In this document: in pieces, positions 7,377 through 15,978 of the stretch | How positions within the stretch are numbered: the stretch's first letter is position 1 | How the letters are laid out: every line of letters begins with the position of its first letter | Source: a virus | Reading direction: 5' to 3' (one strand) | DNA length: 23,542 nt | IMG/VR virus record: IMGVR_UViG_2802429615_000001 | Location: 1 to 23,542 of that record | Notes under the pieces: model-generated | Told to the model about the DNA's origin: nothing | The model's input: only the letters and a program-made list of their open reading frames with translations | Database searches by the model: none | Made by a program: the position numbers and the translations under genes

Positions 7377-8129
7377 TCAGTCATCGGCGTACTTGCCTCC
7401 GTACTCAGCGAGCAGCTCGTCAGCCTTCTCGCGCATCTTCTCCGCCTTCGTCTCGATGTTGTACACCGTGGCGTTGCTCGGGATCTCGATGACAGCCTCC
7501 TCGACGAGCTCGGCGCCGGCGCGGAGTGCGACGGCGCGCCGGACGGCCTGCGGGATGCCCTCGTGGCCGTAGTCGAAGTCGACGTACACGACGTTCGCGA
7601 ACGAGTCGACGATGGGCTCGCCGTCCTCGTTGAGGAAGTTCTGCGAGTCGATGTAGAGGTGCGAGACGCCGCCGTTGTTCACTCGGAGGAAGTAGTCCTC
7701 GCCGATGGCGTCGGGCCACTGCCCGCCGGAGTACTCGTCACTGGTCACCCAGTCGGTGTACGAGCCGTCATCGCCCTGAACGAGCAGCTTGTTGATCTGC
7801 TTCGCGTAGTTCCGACCGAGTTCGATCCGCGTGTACGGCCCTTGCCACGTCTTCGGTGTGGTCGGCTCGCCGGAGAGGCTGACCCCCCCGGTCTGGATCG
7901 ACTCCTCGTCGTCACGCGTCTTCGGCTCGGTCGGGATGGTGACCTCGCTGGCTTCGTCGATACCGGTCGGTTCGTAGAAGTGGCGCTTCAGCGAGCGCTG
8001 GAGCGGCTCGGTCTCCGCCGTGATCGCGTCGACGGCGATCTGCGGGTCCTGTGGGACGTCACCCGGGAGGTCGGCTTTCCGCAGGGCCCGCCGCAGGTCA
8101 TCGAGCGTACAGTAGCCGACCTCGCTCAT
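7377..8129 (-). CDS. Head-tail adaptor/connector (HK97 gp6 / SPP1 gp15-like, 250 aa)
   Basis: N-terminal YCTLDDLRRAL and C-terminal DFDYGHEGIPQAVRRAVAL motifs; position after the MCP. Confidence 0.7.
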   Translation of the reverse strand: MSEVGYCTLDDLRRALRKADLPGDVPQDPQIAVDAITAETEPLQRSLKRHFYEPTGIDEASEVTIPTEPKTRDDEESIQTGGVSLSGEPTTPKTWQGPYTRIELGRNYAKQINKLLVQGDDGSYTDWVTSDEYSGGQWPDAIGEDYFLRVNNGGVSHLYIDSQNFLNEDGEPIVDSFANVVYVDFDYGHEGIPQAVRRAVALRAGAELVEEAVIEIPSNATVYNIETKAEKMREKADELLAEYGGKYADD

Positions 8130-8132
8130 CGG

Positions 8133-8498
8133 TTACGCCTCCAGCTCGGCGCGCCGCTCGCCGACGGCGTCCTGGACGGTCGTCGCGGACTCCGCCTCGG
8201 CGATGGCGTCCAGGTGATCGTCGTGCTCGCCGGCGCGGACCTCCTCCGCGCGCTCCTGGTAGTGGTTGTCGTCGATCCATGCGTCGACATCGAAGCCCTC
8301 GGCCTCGTCGAGCGTGTCGACCACATCTTCGCTGGCGACCTCAGCCTCTTCGAGCGTGTCGTCGTCGACGCGGGCGAAGGCGTCCTTCTCGCAGAGGTAC
8401 TCGGCCAGCCCCTCGTCGACGTCGACGATGTCGCCCTCCTCGAACTGGTGGCCACTCGTTCGGTAGCGGCCACCACCACTGTAGTGGACTCGAACCAT
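8133..8498 (-). CDS. Small acidic head-associated protein (121 aa)
   Basis: Directly after the MCP; N-terminal beta hairpins followed by an acidic helical C-terminus. Confidence 0.65.
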   Translation of the reverse strand: MVRVHYSGGGRYRTSGHQFEEGDIVDVDEGLAEYLCEKDAFARVDDDTLEEAEVASEDVVDTLDEAEGFDVDAWIDDNHYQERAEEVRAGEHDDHLDAIAEAESATTVQDAVGERRAELEA

Positions 8499-8503
8499 TC
8501 AGA

Positions 8504-9472
8504 TCACTCCGCGATGCCGGTGATGAGGACGGCTGCCTCGGGCGCCTCGACGGCGAAGTCGTCGCGAACCCGCATGAAGTAGCGGGCGAAGAGGTCGTTC
8601 TCCGCGACCTTGTCCGTGTCCGTCAGCACACGGATCTCGACGTCGTCGTAGAGTCCGTAGATGAAGTTCTGCGGGTGGGTGAACACCGCGGTGTCCTTGG
8701 GCCAGTTGGCGACGCCGACGACGTCGTAGTCGAATGGCGTAGCCTCGTCGTCGCCCATCAGCACAGCGGCCCCGAGCGGGTCGTTCCGCTGCGCGAGGTC
8801 GTTGTGGTAGTTCTGGAGCTGGTCGAGGTTCATGTAGAACCGCGGCTGGGTCCGACCGCTCCGGAGGTACTTGTTCGGCATCGCGAGGATGGCCGAGTTG
8901 AAGAGCTCCGTGCTGACTGGCTGGGCGGTGCCGCCACCGTCCGTGTGGTCGTAGGTGTTGACGTCGCCGTCGTTCTGGAGGATCTTCAGCCACCCGTCGT
9001 TCTGGTTGAGGAACGCATCGGCGTCCGCCTCGTCGCCGTTGATGCCGAGGTCCTGCGTGTCGACCGCGAACTGCCGTGCCAGCATGTCGAGGATGATCTC
9101 GTCGACGTTGTCGACAGTGTCGTCGACGGCCTCACGCGTCAGGTCGTAGGAGACGGTTGCCTTCTCGACGTCCATCAGGACCTGCGAGGTGTCGACCGAC
9201 GCGTCGCCGGCGTCGCCTTCGCCCTCGTCGGCGCCGCGCCGCTGCCGCTCGCCGACGGAGATCTTCGGGAGCGCCATCTTCTGCCGCGGGAGGTCCTCGG
9301 TGCGGGCGTCCTCCAGCATCATGGCGGTGTCCTGGACCTCCTGATAGAACTGCTCAAAAAGGTCGCGAGGGAGCACACCGCCGGCGACATCGGTCGTGTC
9401 GAACTTCGCAGCCGCGCCTTCGTTCTTCTCCCGGGTCCGGTCGATCGTACCGCTGGTGTCAGTCTGACTCAT
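8504..9472 (-). CDS. Major capsid protein, HK97 fold (322 aa)
   Basis: GGVLPRDLFEQFYQEVQDTA (N-arm/helix), E-loop LPKISVGE, spine helix IILDMLARQFAVDTQDLGINGD, terminal RVRDDFAVEAPEAAVLITG. Confidence 0.9.
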   Translation of the reverse strand: MSQTDTSGTIDRTREKNEGAAAKFDTTDVAGGVLPRDLFEQFYQEVQDTAMMLEDARTEDLPRQKMALPKISVGERQRRGADEGEGDAGDASVDTSQVLMDVEKATVSYDLTREAVDDTVDNVDEIILDMLARQFAVDTQDLGINGDEADADAFLNQNDGWLKILQNDGDVNTYDHTDGGGTAQPVSTELFNSAILAMPNKYLRSGRTQPRFYMNLDQLQNYHNDLAQRNDPLGAAVLMGDDEATPFDYDVVGVANWPKDTAVFTHPQNFIYGLYDDVEIRVLTDTDKVAENDLFARYFMRVRDDFAVEAPEAAVLITGIAE

Positions 9473-10722
9473 CAGTTACCACCCGCCTTCCGCGGGTCGA
9501 GGGTGAAGCCGCTGTTCTTGTCGTCGCCACCGCTGGCGCCCTTCTCCGTCCCGCCGAGCTGCTGGGACTCGGTCGTCCCGGTCTGCTTCGAGATCTCGTC
9601 GATGCGCTCGCCCTGCTTGTCGACGTCCTCCTTCAGCTCCTGCGCCCACTCCGGGGCGTCGGCGAAGGGGTCGTCGCCGGCGTTCTTGCCGTCGCCGTCG
9701 GACTCGATCGCCTCGTCGATCCGCTTGTTCTGTTCTTCGACCTGTTCCTGGAGTTCCTTGGCCCACTCCGGGGGCTCGTTGTCGTTGGTGTCTCCCATGT
9801 CGGAGTCGTCGGCGGACTTCGAGCCGCCGTCGTCATCGGCCGGCGTGTCGCCGCCGGCAGCGTCCTTGTCGCCCTGTTCGCCCTCGTCGACGTCGTCGCG
9901 ACCGGCCGACTTCGCATCGGGCCGGCCCGCGGTAGACGCGTCATCCCGGAGCCGGAGCACGTCGCGGACGGCCTTGCCGAGCCGGGTGAACGCCGACTGC
10001 TTCCCCGGATCGCCGGCGCCCTCGACGTCGATCGCGCGGTGGAGCACGTCCCACATCCGCTCGGCTTCGTCCTCAGTGTGGCCGCGCTCCATCGCCTCCG
10101 CGATGAAGTCGTCACGGTTGCCGAGGTGGTCGCCGAGGCGCTTCGCGGCCGCGCCCTTCGTCGCGAGGATCTGCGCGTCGGGCACTGCCGGGTAGTCCAC
10201 GCTGGAGACCTCGCGAACGAGGCCACCTTGCAGTTCCCAGACCGGCTGCTCGTCGCCGTAGTCCTCAGCGCGGTCGACGTCGTCCGGCACCTCGTCGGGG
10301 TACATCGGGTTCGACCACGTGACGTCGACAGCGCCGATCGAGTGGCCGCCGACCACGCCGTCGGAGATGAGGCTCCACAGCTCGTCGTCGTTGTACTTCC
10401 AGGCCTGAACCCACGCGCCGGCCTCGACGGTCTCGCCGCCGATCTGCTCGGCCTCATCGAGGACCTCGTTGCGTTCGAGTTCCATCCAGTCGGACGGCCA
10501 CGCGGCATGCATGATGCCGCCGTCGGCCTCGCCCGCCTCGAGGAAGTTCTCGAACTGCGTGGCCCACTCGCGAAGGAGGTCCTCGCGGATGAAGTCGCCC
10601 TGGAGGTCGACCTTGTCCGGGACCATCACGACCCCGGCCGCGATCTGCTCCTCCTCGTCCTTCGCGATGTAGTCGACTCGCTTGCGGATGGTCGACTGGT
10701 TCGCCTTGCTCAGCGGCGGCAC
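9472..10722 (-). CDS. Prohead serine protease (XkdF-like) fused to an acidic scaffold-like C-terminus (416 aa, GTG start)
   Basis: AGVVMVPDKVDLQGD, GGIMH, GGHSIG and EVSSVDYPAVPDA protease motifs; repeated EPPEWAKEL/DAPEWAQEL helices in the tail; TGATG overlap with the MCP. Confidence 0.85.
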   Translation of the reverse strand: MPPLSKANQSTIRKRVDYIAKDEEEQIAAGVVMVPDKVDLQGDFIREDLLREWATQFENFLEAGEADGGIMHAAWPSDWMELERNEVLDEAEQIGGETVEAGAWVQAWKYNDDELWSLISDGVVGGHSIGAVDVTWSNPMYPDEVPDDVDRAEDYGDEQPVWELQGGLVREVSSVDYPAVPDAQILATKGAAAKRLGDHLGNRDDFIAEAMERGHTEDEAERMWDVLHRAIDVEGAGDPGKQSAFTRLGKAVRDVLRLRDDASTAGRPDAKSAGRDDVDEGEQGDKDAAGGDTPADDDGGSKSADDSDMGDTNDNEPPEWAKELQEQVEEQNKRIDEAIESDGDGKNAGDDPFADAPEWAQELKEDVDKQGERIDEISKQTGTTESQQLGGTEKGASGGDDKNSGFTLDPRKAGGN

Positions 10723-10725
10723 GGG

Positions 10726-10845
10726 TCAGCCCTCGCTCTCGTCATCATCGGCGGCGTCAGCGTCGGCGTCCTTGTCGAGCTCCTTGGCACGACCGGTTCC
10801 GAGGACGCCGCGCTTCTCGCCGCGCTCTGTGTTCTTGTCGCTCAT
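10726..10845 (-). CDS. Hypothetical 39-aa acidic micro-protein
   Basis: MSDKNTERGEKRGVLGTGRAKELDKDADADAADDDESEG; codon use like its neighbours; stop 3 nt before the protease GTG. Below the track cutoff. Confidence 0.5.
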   Translation of the reverse strand: MSDKNTERGEKRGVLGTGRAKELDKDADADAADDDESEG

Positions 10846-10886
10846 GGTGTCGTTCTCGTAGAATCGCTCCCGGTCGTGCCTCGCTT

Positions 10887-10912
10887 GCGTGGGGAGTCGG
10901 GCGCTCCCACGC
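10887..10912. other. GC-rich hairpin between portal and micro-ORF
   Basis: GCGTGGG(G)AG / CTCCCACGC, 9 bp with one bulge and a 7-nt loop. Confidence 0.6.
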
Positions 10913-10933
10913 TAACGGTCATCGGCAGTCTGC

Positions 10934-12796
10934 TTAGATCTCGCTCGGGACGTCGTCCGGCACCTCACCGGGATCGGGCGTCGGGCCCTCCGGTAGCCGC
11001 TCGTGGTTGTTGGTTATCTCAAGGTAGCCGTACTCCAGCCGGATGTTCGCGTAGTGGTACGACCCCGCCGACGGCGCGTTGACGAGGTCGTTCCACACCG
11101 TCACCGGGACGTCGACGTACACGTACAGCGAGTTCTGCCCGTCCGGCCGCTTGAACGAGAGGTACAGCTCGCGCTCGCCGAAGTCGTAGAGCCCCTCGTC
11201 GAGGTTCGAGGAGTTGAACGTCGTCTGCTCGATCGGGTCCTTGTCGACGTCGATGTCGACGCTCGCCCGCTCGCCGATCTTGTTCTCCTGTGGCGGGGCC
11301 GCCTTCGACCGCATGGCCTCGGCCTCGTCGCCGTCAGTGGCGTTGGCGTCGAACTGCGCCTCGAACTCGGAGAGCGTCATCTCGCCTCGCTCGTCGTCGA
11401 ACGGCTCCAGCCCGAGCTCTTCGCGCGCTTCGTTGACGGTTCCGACGCCGGCGAGGCGCATCGCCCGGACGCGCTGTTCTGCCATCCGCGCATCCTCTTG
11501 GGGCTGGTCGGCGCCGTGGAGCTCGAAGTCGATCGTCCAGTCGTCGACGCCGAGCGCCTGCTGGTGGAGGATGGTGTAGAGCCGCGACTCGAACTTCGCC
11601 TGCTCCGGCGCGATGACGTCGGTCGCGAACTCCCGGACCTGCTCCTTGGAGTTGGCCCGGTTTGACGTCGATGTCACGTTGATGAGGATCGGCGGCACCT
11701 CGTGGACTTTCGCGATCTCGTGCTCGTTGCGCTCGCGGAACGCCTGGAACTCCATGTCGAGGTCCTCCCGCGAGCCGACAGGGACGAGTTCGATCTCGAC
11801 ATCGGAGTCGTCCAGTTCGTTCTTCTTGAACTCCTCCACCTCAAGCAGCGCGGTCCGATAGCGACTACCCTTGAGGTTGTCCATCAACTCGCGGAGCTCC
11901 TGCTTGGAGTCCTCGGTGAGAGTCCCGCCAGTCACCTTGATGACGTAGAACGGGACGCCGAGGTTGTCGAAGATGTCGTGGTTCCACTCCTTCGCGGCCT
12001 GATCGGCGCCCATCGTCTGCATCGCGGCGACCCAGTCAGGGACACCGTAGTAGAGCGAGAGCGGCGACGGATTCGGAATGAAGATGAGCTCGTTCGCCGG
12101 TCCGTTCGGGAGGTCGCCGGCGTCGCTCGCGACCTCACCCGTCTCCTTGTCGACGAACGTCGGGTCGTCGCCGTACCGGTCGCCGGCCTCGCCGAAGTAG
12201 CGCCGCCGACCCTGTCGCACTTGGACGTAGCCGTGCCCGCTCTCGATGATGTCGTCGGCGTCTTCGCGCTCCTCGACGACGGTCTTCCGGACGCGAACCG
12301 TGGCCGCCGGCACGTGGGCGAGCCCGACCGGCGTGCCGTCGCCCTCGACGAGGATCTCCAGCGACGTCCACCCGATGCCGTGGTAGTCCTGCCGGCCGAG
12401 CTCCAGCACCTCCTCGGGAGTCGACATCGCCGTGCCCTCCGGGCCGATCTGCCATCGCGAGTCGGAGCCGTACCAGAAGTCGCGAACGCTCTGGTACGCC
12501 TCGCCATCCTCGTTGGGCGAGTCCGCGCTCGGGTGTGGGACGATGTTGAACCCGTACCCCGCCTCGTACCGCGACTTCTTGCGGAGACACGCGTGGTGCG
12601 TCTCGTTGAGCTCTTGGAACGCCGCCAGCGTCTCGGGGTTGTACGGCGGCTGGATGCCCCGCCCGACGTCGGTGGCGATGTGGCGCTCGTCCAGCTGCGT
12701 CGTCTCCTCAGCCTTGGCCATCGACGACTGGTTCCCCAGCGTGTCGACGGTCAGGTCGATCTCATCGCCAGCGTCGTCGGTGGTGTCGTCAGTCAT
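10934..12796 (-). CDS. Portal protein with C-terminal KTSC domain (620 aa)
   Basis: Follows terL. Portal motifs GLAHVPAATVRVR, YYGVPDW, HEIAKVHEVPPILI and TVNEAREELGLEP; C-terminal SSNLDEGLYD...YVDVPVTVWNDLVNAPSAGSYHYANIR matches the KTSC pattern. Confidence 0.9.
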   Translation of the reverse strand: MTDDTTDDAGDEIDLTVDTLGNQSSMAKAEETTQLDERHIATDVGRGIQPPYNPETLAAFQELNETHHACLRKKSRYEAGYGFNIVPHPSADSPNEDGEAYQSVRDFWYGSDSRWQIGPEGTAMSTPEEVLELGRQDYHGIGWTSLEILVEGDGTPVGLAHVPAATVRVRKTVVEEREDADDIIESGHGYVQVRQGRRRYFGEAGDRYGDDPTFVDKETGEVASDAGDLPNGPANELIFIPNPSPLSLYYGVPDWVAAMQTMGADQAAKEWNHDIFDNLGVPFYVIKVTGGTLTEDSKQELRELMDNLKGSRYRTALLEVEEFKKNELDDSDVEIELVPVGSREDLDMEFQAFRERNEHEIAKVHEVPPILINVTSTSNRANSKEQVREFATDVIAPEQAKFESRLYTILHQQALGVDDWTIDFELHGADQPQEDARMAEQRVRAMRLAGVGTVNEAREELGLEPFDDERGEMTLSEFEAQFDANATDGDEAEAMRSKAAPPQENKIGERASVDIDVDKDPIEQTTFNSSNLDEGLYDFGERELYLSFKRPDGQNSLYVYVDVPVTVWNDLVNAPSAGSYHYANIRLEYGYLEITNNHERLPEGPTPDPGEVPDDVPSEI

Positions 12797-12797
12797 G

Positions 12798-14393
12798 TTA
12801 GAGGTAGCTCACTCCGTTGGCGTCGTCATCGTCGTCGCCGGCGTCGCGCTCCTTTCCGTACTCGAACCGGCGCAGCCCCTGCTCGGCCATGTACCACGCC
12901 GCGATGAGGTCGGGCGTGTGGCCCGACAGGCGACCGTCGTCGAGTTCGAGCGAGAGCGCCGCCTGGATCCAGTCCTCGGTGGCGTCGTGCCCACGATAGA
13001 ACTGGATGCCACCGTTCTCGACGAGGTTCCGCAGACGCGGGATGCCGTTCTCCCAGCTGTGCTTCTTGCCCGATGTCGAGATCCCCGTCACCTTCGCGCG
13101 GAGCTCCGGCGAGAACTCGATGGCGTCGTTGACGACGTACTGCTGCATCCCGTTGTCCTCGATGACGATGAGCGCGGGATCGTACCGGCGGTCGTACTCC
13201 TGGAGGCGCGCCTTGATCGTCGACGGCGACATGCCCTGCTCGGCGTGGGCGTCCAGAAGCACCCGCTCGCCTGAGCGCCGGAGCAGCTGGACGACGAACG
13301 CCGCGTCGTCACCCGTGGGACTCTGCGCCGGGTCGTGGCCGACGACGATGGCCTCGCCGGCGCCGGCGCGGTACATCCGCGGCGGCTCGCGCCCGCGGAT
13401 CGAACAGCCGCCCTGGTCGACGTCGGCGTCGACGTCGGCCTGCTCGATGAGGTTGCCCGAGGCGCCCTGAATCGTGAGCGTGTACTCGCGCCAGAACAGG
13501 TGGTCGGCCATCTTCGACCGCTTGTCGGCGAGCCACTCGGGCCCGCGCGCCTCTGGCCAGAGCACTCGCATCGTCTCGCCGTCGCTCCACGGATCCTCGA
13601 CCTCGGTGTAGTACTCCGGGTCGGGCCGGCGCTCCTGCCAGTCGTCCTGGCTTCGGAACGACTTGTCCCAGACGTCGAGGACCGCGGGGAACTCCCGCAG
13701 CGCGTACCCCTCGTACGTCCGGTAGTGCGACCAGATGTCGTCCGGACGCTTCCGCGTCCCAACCATCACGGTGCGCCCCTCGTCTTTGACCATCGGCTGG
13801 GCGACGCCGTCGACCCAGTTGATGATCTCCGAGGTCTCCCCGTCGCCACGCTCCTTGATGATGTCGTCGTGGATGAGGACGTGCGCCCGGGCGCCCTCGA
13901 TCGCCCCGAACAGCCAGCCGGTCGTCAGCGAGGCGTCGTGGTGGAACTCCTTGACCTTCTTCGAGTCCGTCTTCCGCGGCTTGTTCAGGTTGAGCAGCCA
14001 CGGGTTCCGCTCGATGACCTTGTTGAGCTCCCGGTCGGCTTTCTCGTACGCCTGCGGCCGGGTGTTCATACACCAGATGGCACGGAAGCCCGGCTTGTAC
14101 TCGAGGCAGGCGACCAGGTACGCCGTGACGATCGTCGTCTTCAGCCCGTCCCGGTGACACAGCAGCGCGAGGTCGCCGTCGACGTCGGCGTCGCCGGCGA
14201 GGTGCCGGAGCCACTGGCCGTGGTGCTCGGCGAGCGGCACCCAGTCGTCAGGCTCCTCCGCCATGTAGCCCTGCGTGAGCTTGTTCGCGAAGTCGAGCCA
14301 GCACCCGTGTTCGAACGGGTTGTACGCGGCGCGGATCTCCGCACGGGAGAGGTCGACCTCGGTGCGCCCGCCGGCCGATGCCGTGCTACTCAT
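12798..14393 (-). CDS. terL: Terminase large subunit (531 aa)
   Basis: ATPase motifs CHRDGLKTT (Walker A variant), HVLIHDD (Walker B) and VGTR; RNase H-like nuclease motifs VGHDPA, DDAAFVV, IEDNG and HTPDLIAA. Confidence 0.92.
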   Translation of the reverse strand: MSSTASAGGRTEVDLSRAEIRAAYNPFEHGCWLDFANKLTQGYMAEEPDDWVPLAEHHGQWLRHLAGDADVDGDLALLCHRDGLKTTIVTAYLVACLEYKPGFRAIWCMNTRPQAYEKADRELNKVIERNPWLLNLNKPRKTDSKKVKEFHHDASLTTGWLFGAIEGARAHVLIHDDIIKERGDGETSEIINWVDGVAQPMVKDEGRTVMVGTRKRPDDIWSHYRTYEGYALREFPAVLDVWDKSFRSQDDWQERRPDPEYYTEVEDPWSDGETMRVLWPEARGPEWLADKRSKMADHLFWREYTLTIQGASGNLIEQADVDADVDQGGCSIRGREPPRMYRAGAGEAIVVGHDPAQSPTGDDAAFVVQLLRRSGERVLLDAHAEQGMSPSTIKARLQEYDRRYDPALIVIEDNGMQQYVVNDAIEFSPELRAKVTGISTSGKKHSWENGIPRLRNLVENGGIQFYRGHDATEDWIQAALSLELDDGRLSGHTPDLIAAWYMAEQGLRRFEYGKERDAGDDDDDANGVSYL

Positions 14394-15123
14394 CGGTTCC
14401 CTCCTCGAGGTCGGCTTCGCGGATGGCCTCGGCCGTCGCCTCGTCGAGTGAGACGCTCGTGTCCAGATCGCCGTCGACGTTCATGTTGATGTCCGTCGAG
14501 TAGACGCCGAGGACGTCCGCCTTCTCGCGCTGGTAGCTCGCCTGCTCCTTCCGGGCCATTGCCTGTCCCTTCGGGTCGTCGACATCGCGCTCGACGCCGA
14601 CGACGGCCTGGCGGAACTGCGGGAACGTCCCGGCTCGCGCCGGCATCGCCCCGCGCCGAGCCCCGACCGGGTACTCCGCGCCGGCGTCGAGGTGGCGCTC
14701 GTCCTCGGTGAACATGAGGATGGTGTCCCGCTCGTCGGCCCACGCCGGCCGGTCCTCGTCGCCGGGTGGGACCTGCCGCCACGCCGAGACCGTGAGCGGC
14801 GCTTCTTCGGATCGGACGACCGACGTCTTCGGCACCATCGCGGTGACCTTCTCGTCCTGGGTGGCCTCTCGTTCGGCCTCGCGAGCCCGCTGGTAGAGGT
14901 CCTCGTAGCGCTCGGCCGACTGGAGGCGGACATCGGCGTGCTTGTTCTCGATCTGCTCAAGGACCTCCTCCTTCGGCTTCTCGTTGAGGTAGTCGCGGAT
15001 GGTCGACCGCGCGAACGAGCCGATGCCCTCCTCCTCGAAGCGGTCGCGCACCTCTTTGACAGAGAGGTTGTCGAGATGGTGCCACTTCAGGGCGAGCGTG
15101 ACACGTCGTTCGCGGGTAGACAT
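14386..15123 (-). CDS. Putative terminase small subunit (245 aa)
   Basis: N-terminal HTH-like segment (LSVKEVRDRF...ARSTIRDYL), central helical oligomerisation-like region, overlaps the terL start. Confidence 0.65.
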   Translation of the reverse strand: MSTRERRVTLALKWHHLDNLSVKEVRDRFEEEGIGSFARSTIRDYLNEKPKEEVLEQIENKHADVRLQSAERYEDLYQRAREAEREATQDEKVTAMVPKTSVVRSEEAPLTVSAWRQVPPGDEDRPAWADERDTILMFTEDERHLDAGAEYPVGARRGAMPARAGTFPQFRQAVVGVERDVDDPKGQAMARKEQASYQREKADVLGVYSTDINMNVDGDLDTSVSLDEATAEAIREADLEEGTDE

Positions 15124-15156
15124 GAGTGGGTTGGCGTCGCGCAGCGTCGAGGGGCG

Positions 15157-15172
15157 ATTTATACTTTAAATA
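15157..15172 (-). promoter_or_regulatory. TATA-box promoter for the packaging/structural operon
   Basis: TATTTAAAGTATAAAT, an AT island in GC-rich DNA, about 35-50 nt upstream of ATG 15123. Confidence 0.65.
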
Positions 15173-15220
15173 GGGCTGAGGAGCGAACGTGATGTCGCCG
15201 GCCAGCCGTTTCAGCGAGTG

Positions 15221-15382
15221 TCACGGCGCCCGACAAGTCAGGCAGTCAGCGTTGTCACACATCTCGCGGTGGCTCGGGATCTCGTCGGCGACGTCTTCGA
15301 TACAGTCCATACACTTGTCCCGGTAGCGTCCGCCCGGGTTCGTCTCCTGGAGCTCCTCGCCGCATCGGTCGCAGGTCGGCAT
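15221..15382 (-). CDS. Cys-rich zinc-finger micro-protein (53 aa)
   Basis: MPTCDRCGEE...KCMDC...HREMCDNADCLTCRAP; TGATG overlap with the upstream gene. Not in the track. Confidence 0.65.
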   Translation of the reverse strand: MPTCDRCGEELQETNPGGRYRDKCMDCIEDVADEIPSHREMCDNADCLTCRAP

Positions 15383-15696
15383 CAGTCCTCGTCGTTGCGT
15401 GTCTCCATCTGAACTTCGCGGGCGGCCTGAAGGAGCGAGAGGTACTCGCCGAGCTCGACGCCGTTGAACGTCGCGAGGAAGGCGAGCGCCGACGCCGCGA
15501 TCAGCGTGGCGTCGCCCCCTTGGGAGATAGCGTACGTGGAGAACGCGAGCGCGCCGACGTTGACGACGGTCGCCTTCAGGAGCTTGAGCTTCTTCAGCAT
15601 CGGGAGAGGGGTGCCGTCATCGTTGATCGTACTCTTGTACTCGTCGACGACGTCGTCGCGGCAGTACCACGGACGCGAGCGTTGTGCGGTCGTCAT
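15382..15696 (-). CDS. Small membrane protein (104 aa), holin-like candidate
   Basis: Basic patch LKKLKLLK followed by two hydrophobic segments. Confidence 0.65.
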   Translation of the reverse strand: MTTAQRSRPWYCRDDVVDEYKSTINDDGTPLPMLKKLKLLKATVVNVGALAFSTYAISQGGDATLIAASALAFLATFNGVELGEYLSLLQAAREVQMETRNDED

Positions 15697-15812
15697 GAGA
15701 CATCCATCAGAGGGTGGCAGTCACATGGTCTCGCGGAGTTGTACGGGCAGCCGCACTCCGAGCAGCGATTCGGCCGGTACGTCGACGGTCGGGGTGGATA
15801 AGAGTCGGACAT
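15693..15812 (-). CDS. Cys-rich micro-protein (39 aa)
   Basis: MSDSYPPRPSTYRPNRCSECGCPYNSARPCDCHPLMDVS; ATGA overlap with the next gene. Not in the track. Confidence 0.45.
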   Translation of the reverse strand: MSDSYPPRPSTYRPNRCSECGCPYNSARPCDCHPLMDVS

Positions 15813-15816
15813 GGTC

Positions 15817-15978
15817 CTATCTGTAGTCGCGGAGGTCAAGCGGGTCGCGCATCGAGAGCCACGCCCGGCTGCTCGACGGGTCGTAGAACGCGAGCGGGCT
15901 CGCCTCGCCCTCAGTCGTGACGACGGACACCGTGTCCGTGTCGAACTGGTGCGAGGCGGTGGGGTCTTGGTGCATCAT
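15817..15978 (-). CDS. Hypothetical protein (53 aa)
   Basis: ATGA overlap with the phosphoesterase stop; MMHQDPTASHQFDTDTVSVVTTEGEASPLAFYDPSSSRAWLSMRDPLDLRDYR. Confidence 0.55.
   Translation of the reverse strand: MMHQDPTASHQFDTDTVSVVTTEGEASPLAFYDPSSSRAWLSMRDPLDLRDYR

Noticed and set aside
8051-11082. Long plus-strand ORFs (714 aa, 641 aa; also 532 aa at 3351, 401 aa at 11702, 384 aa at 13335)
   Set aside because: They are antisense shadows of well-supported minus-strand genes. High GC suppresses stops, and the products are Arg/Val-rich with no motifs.
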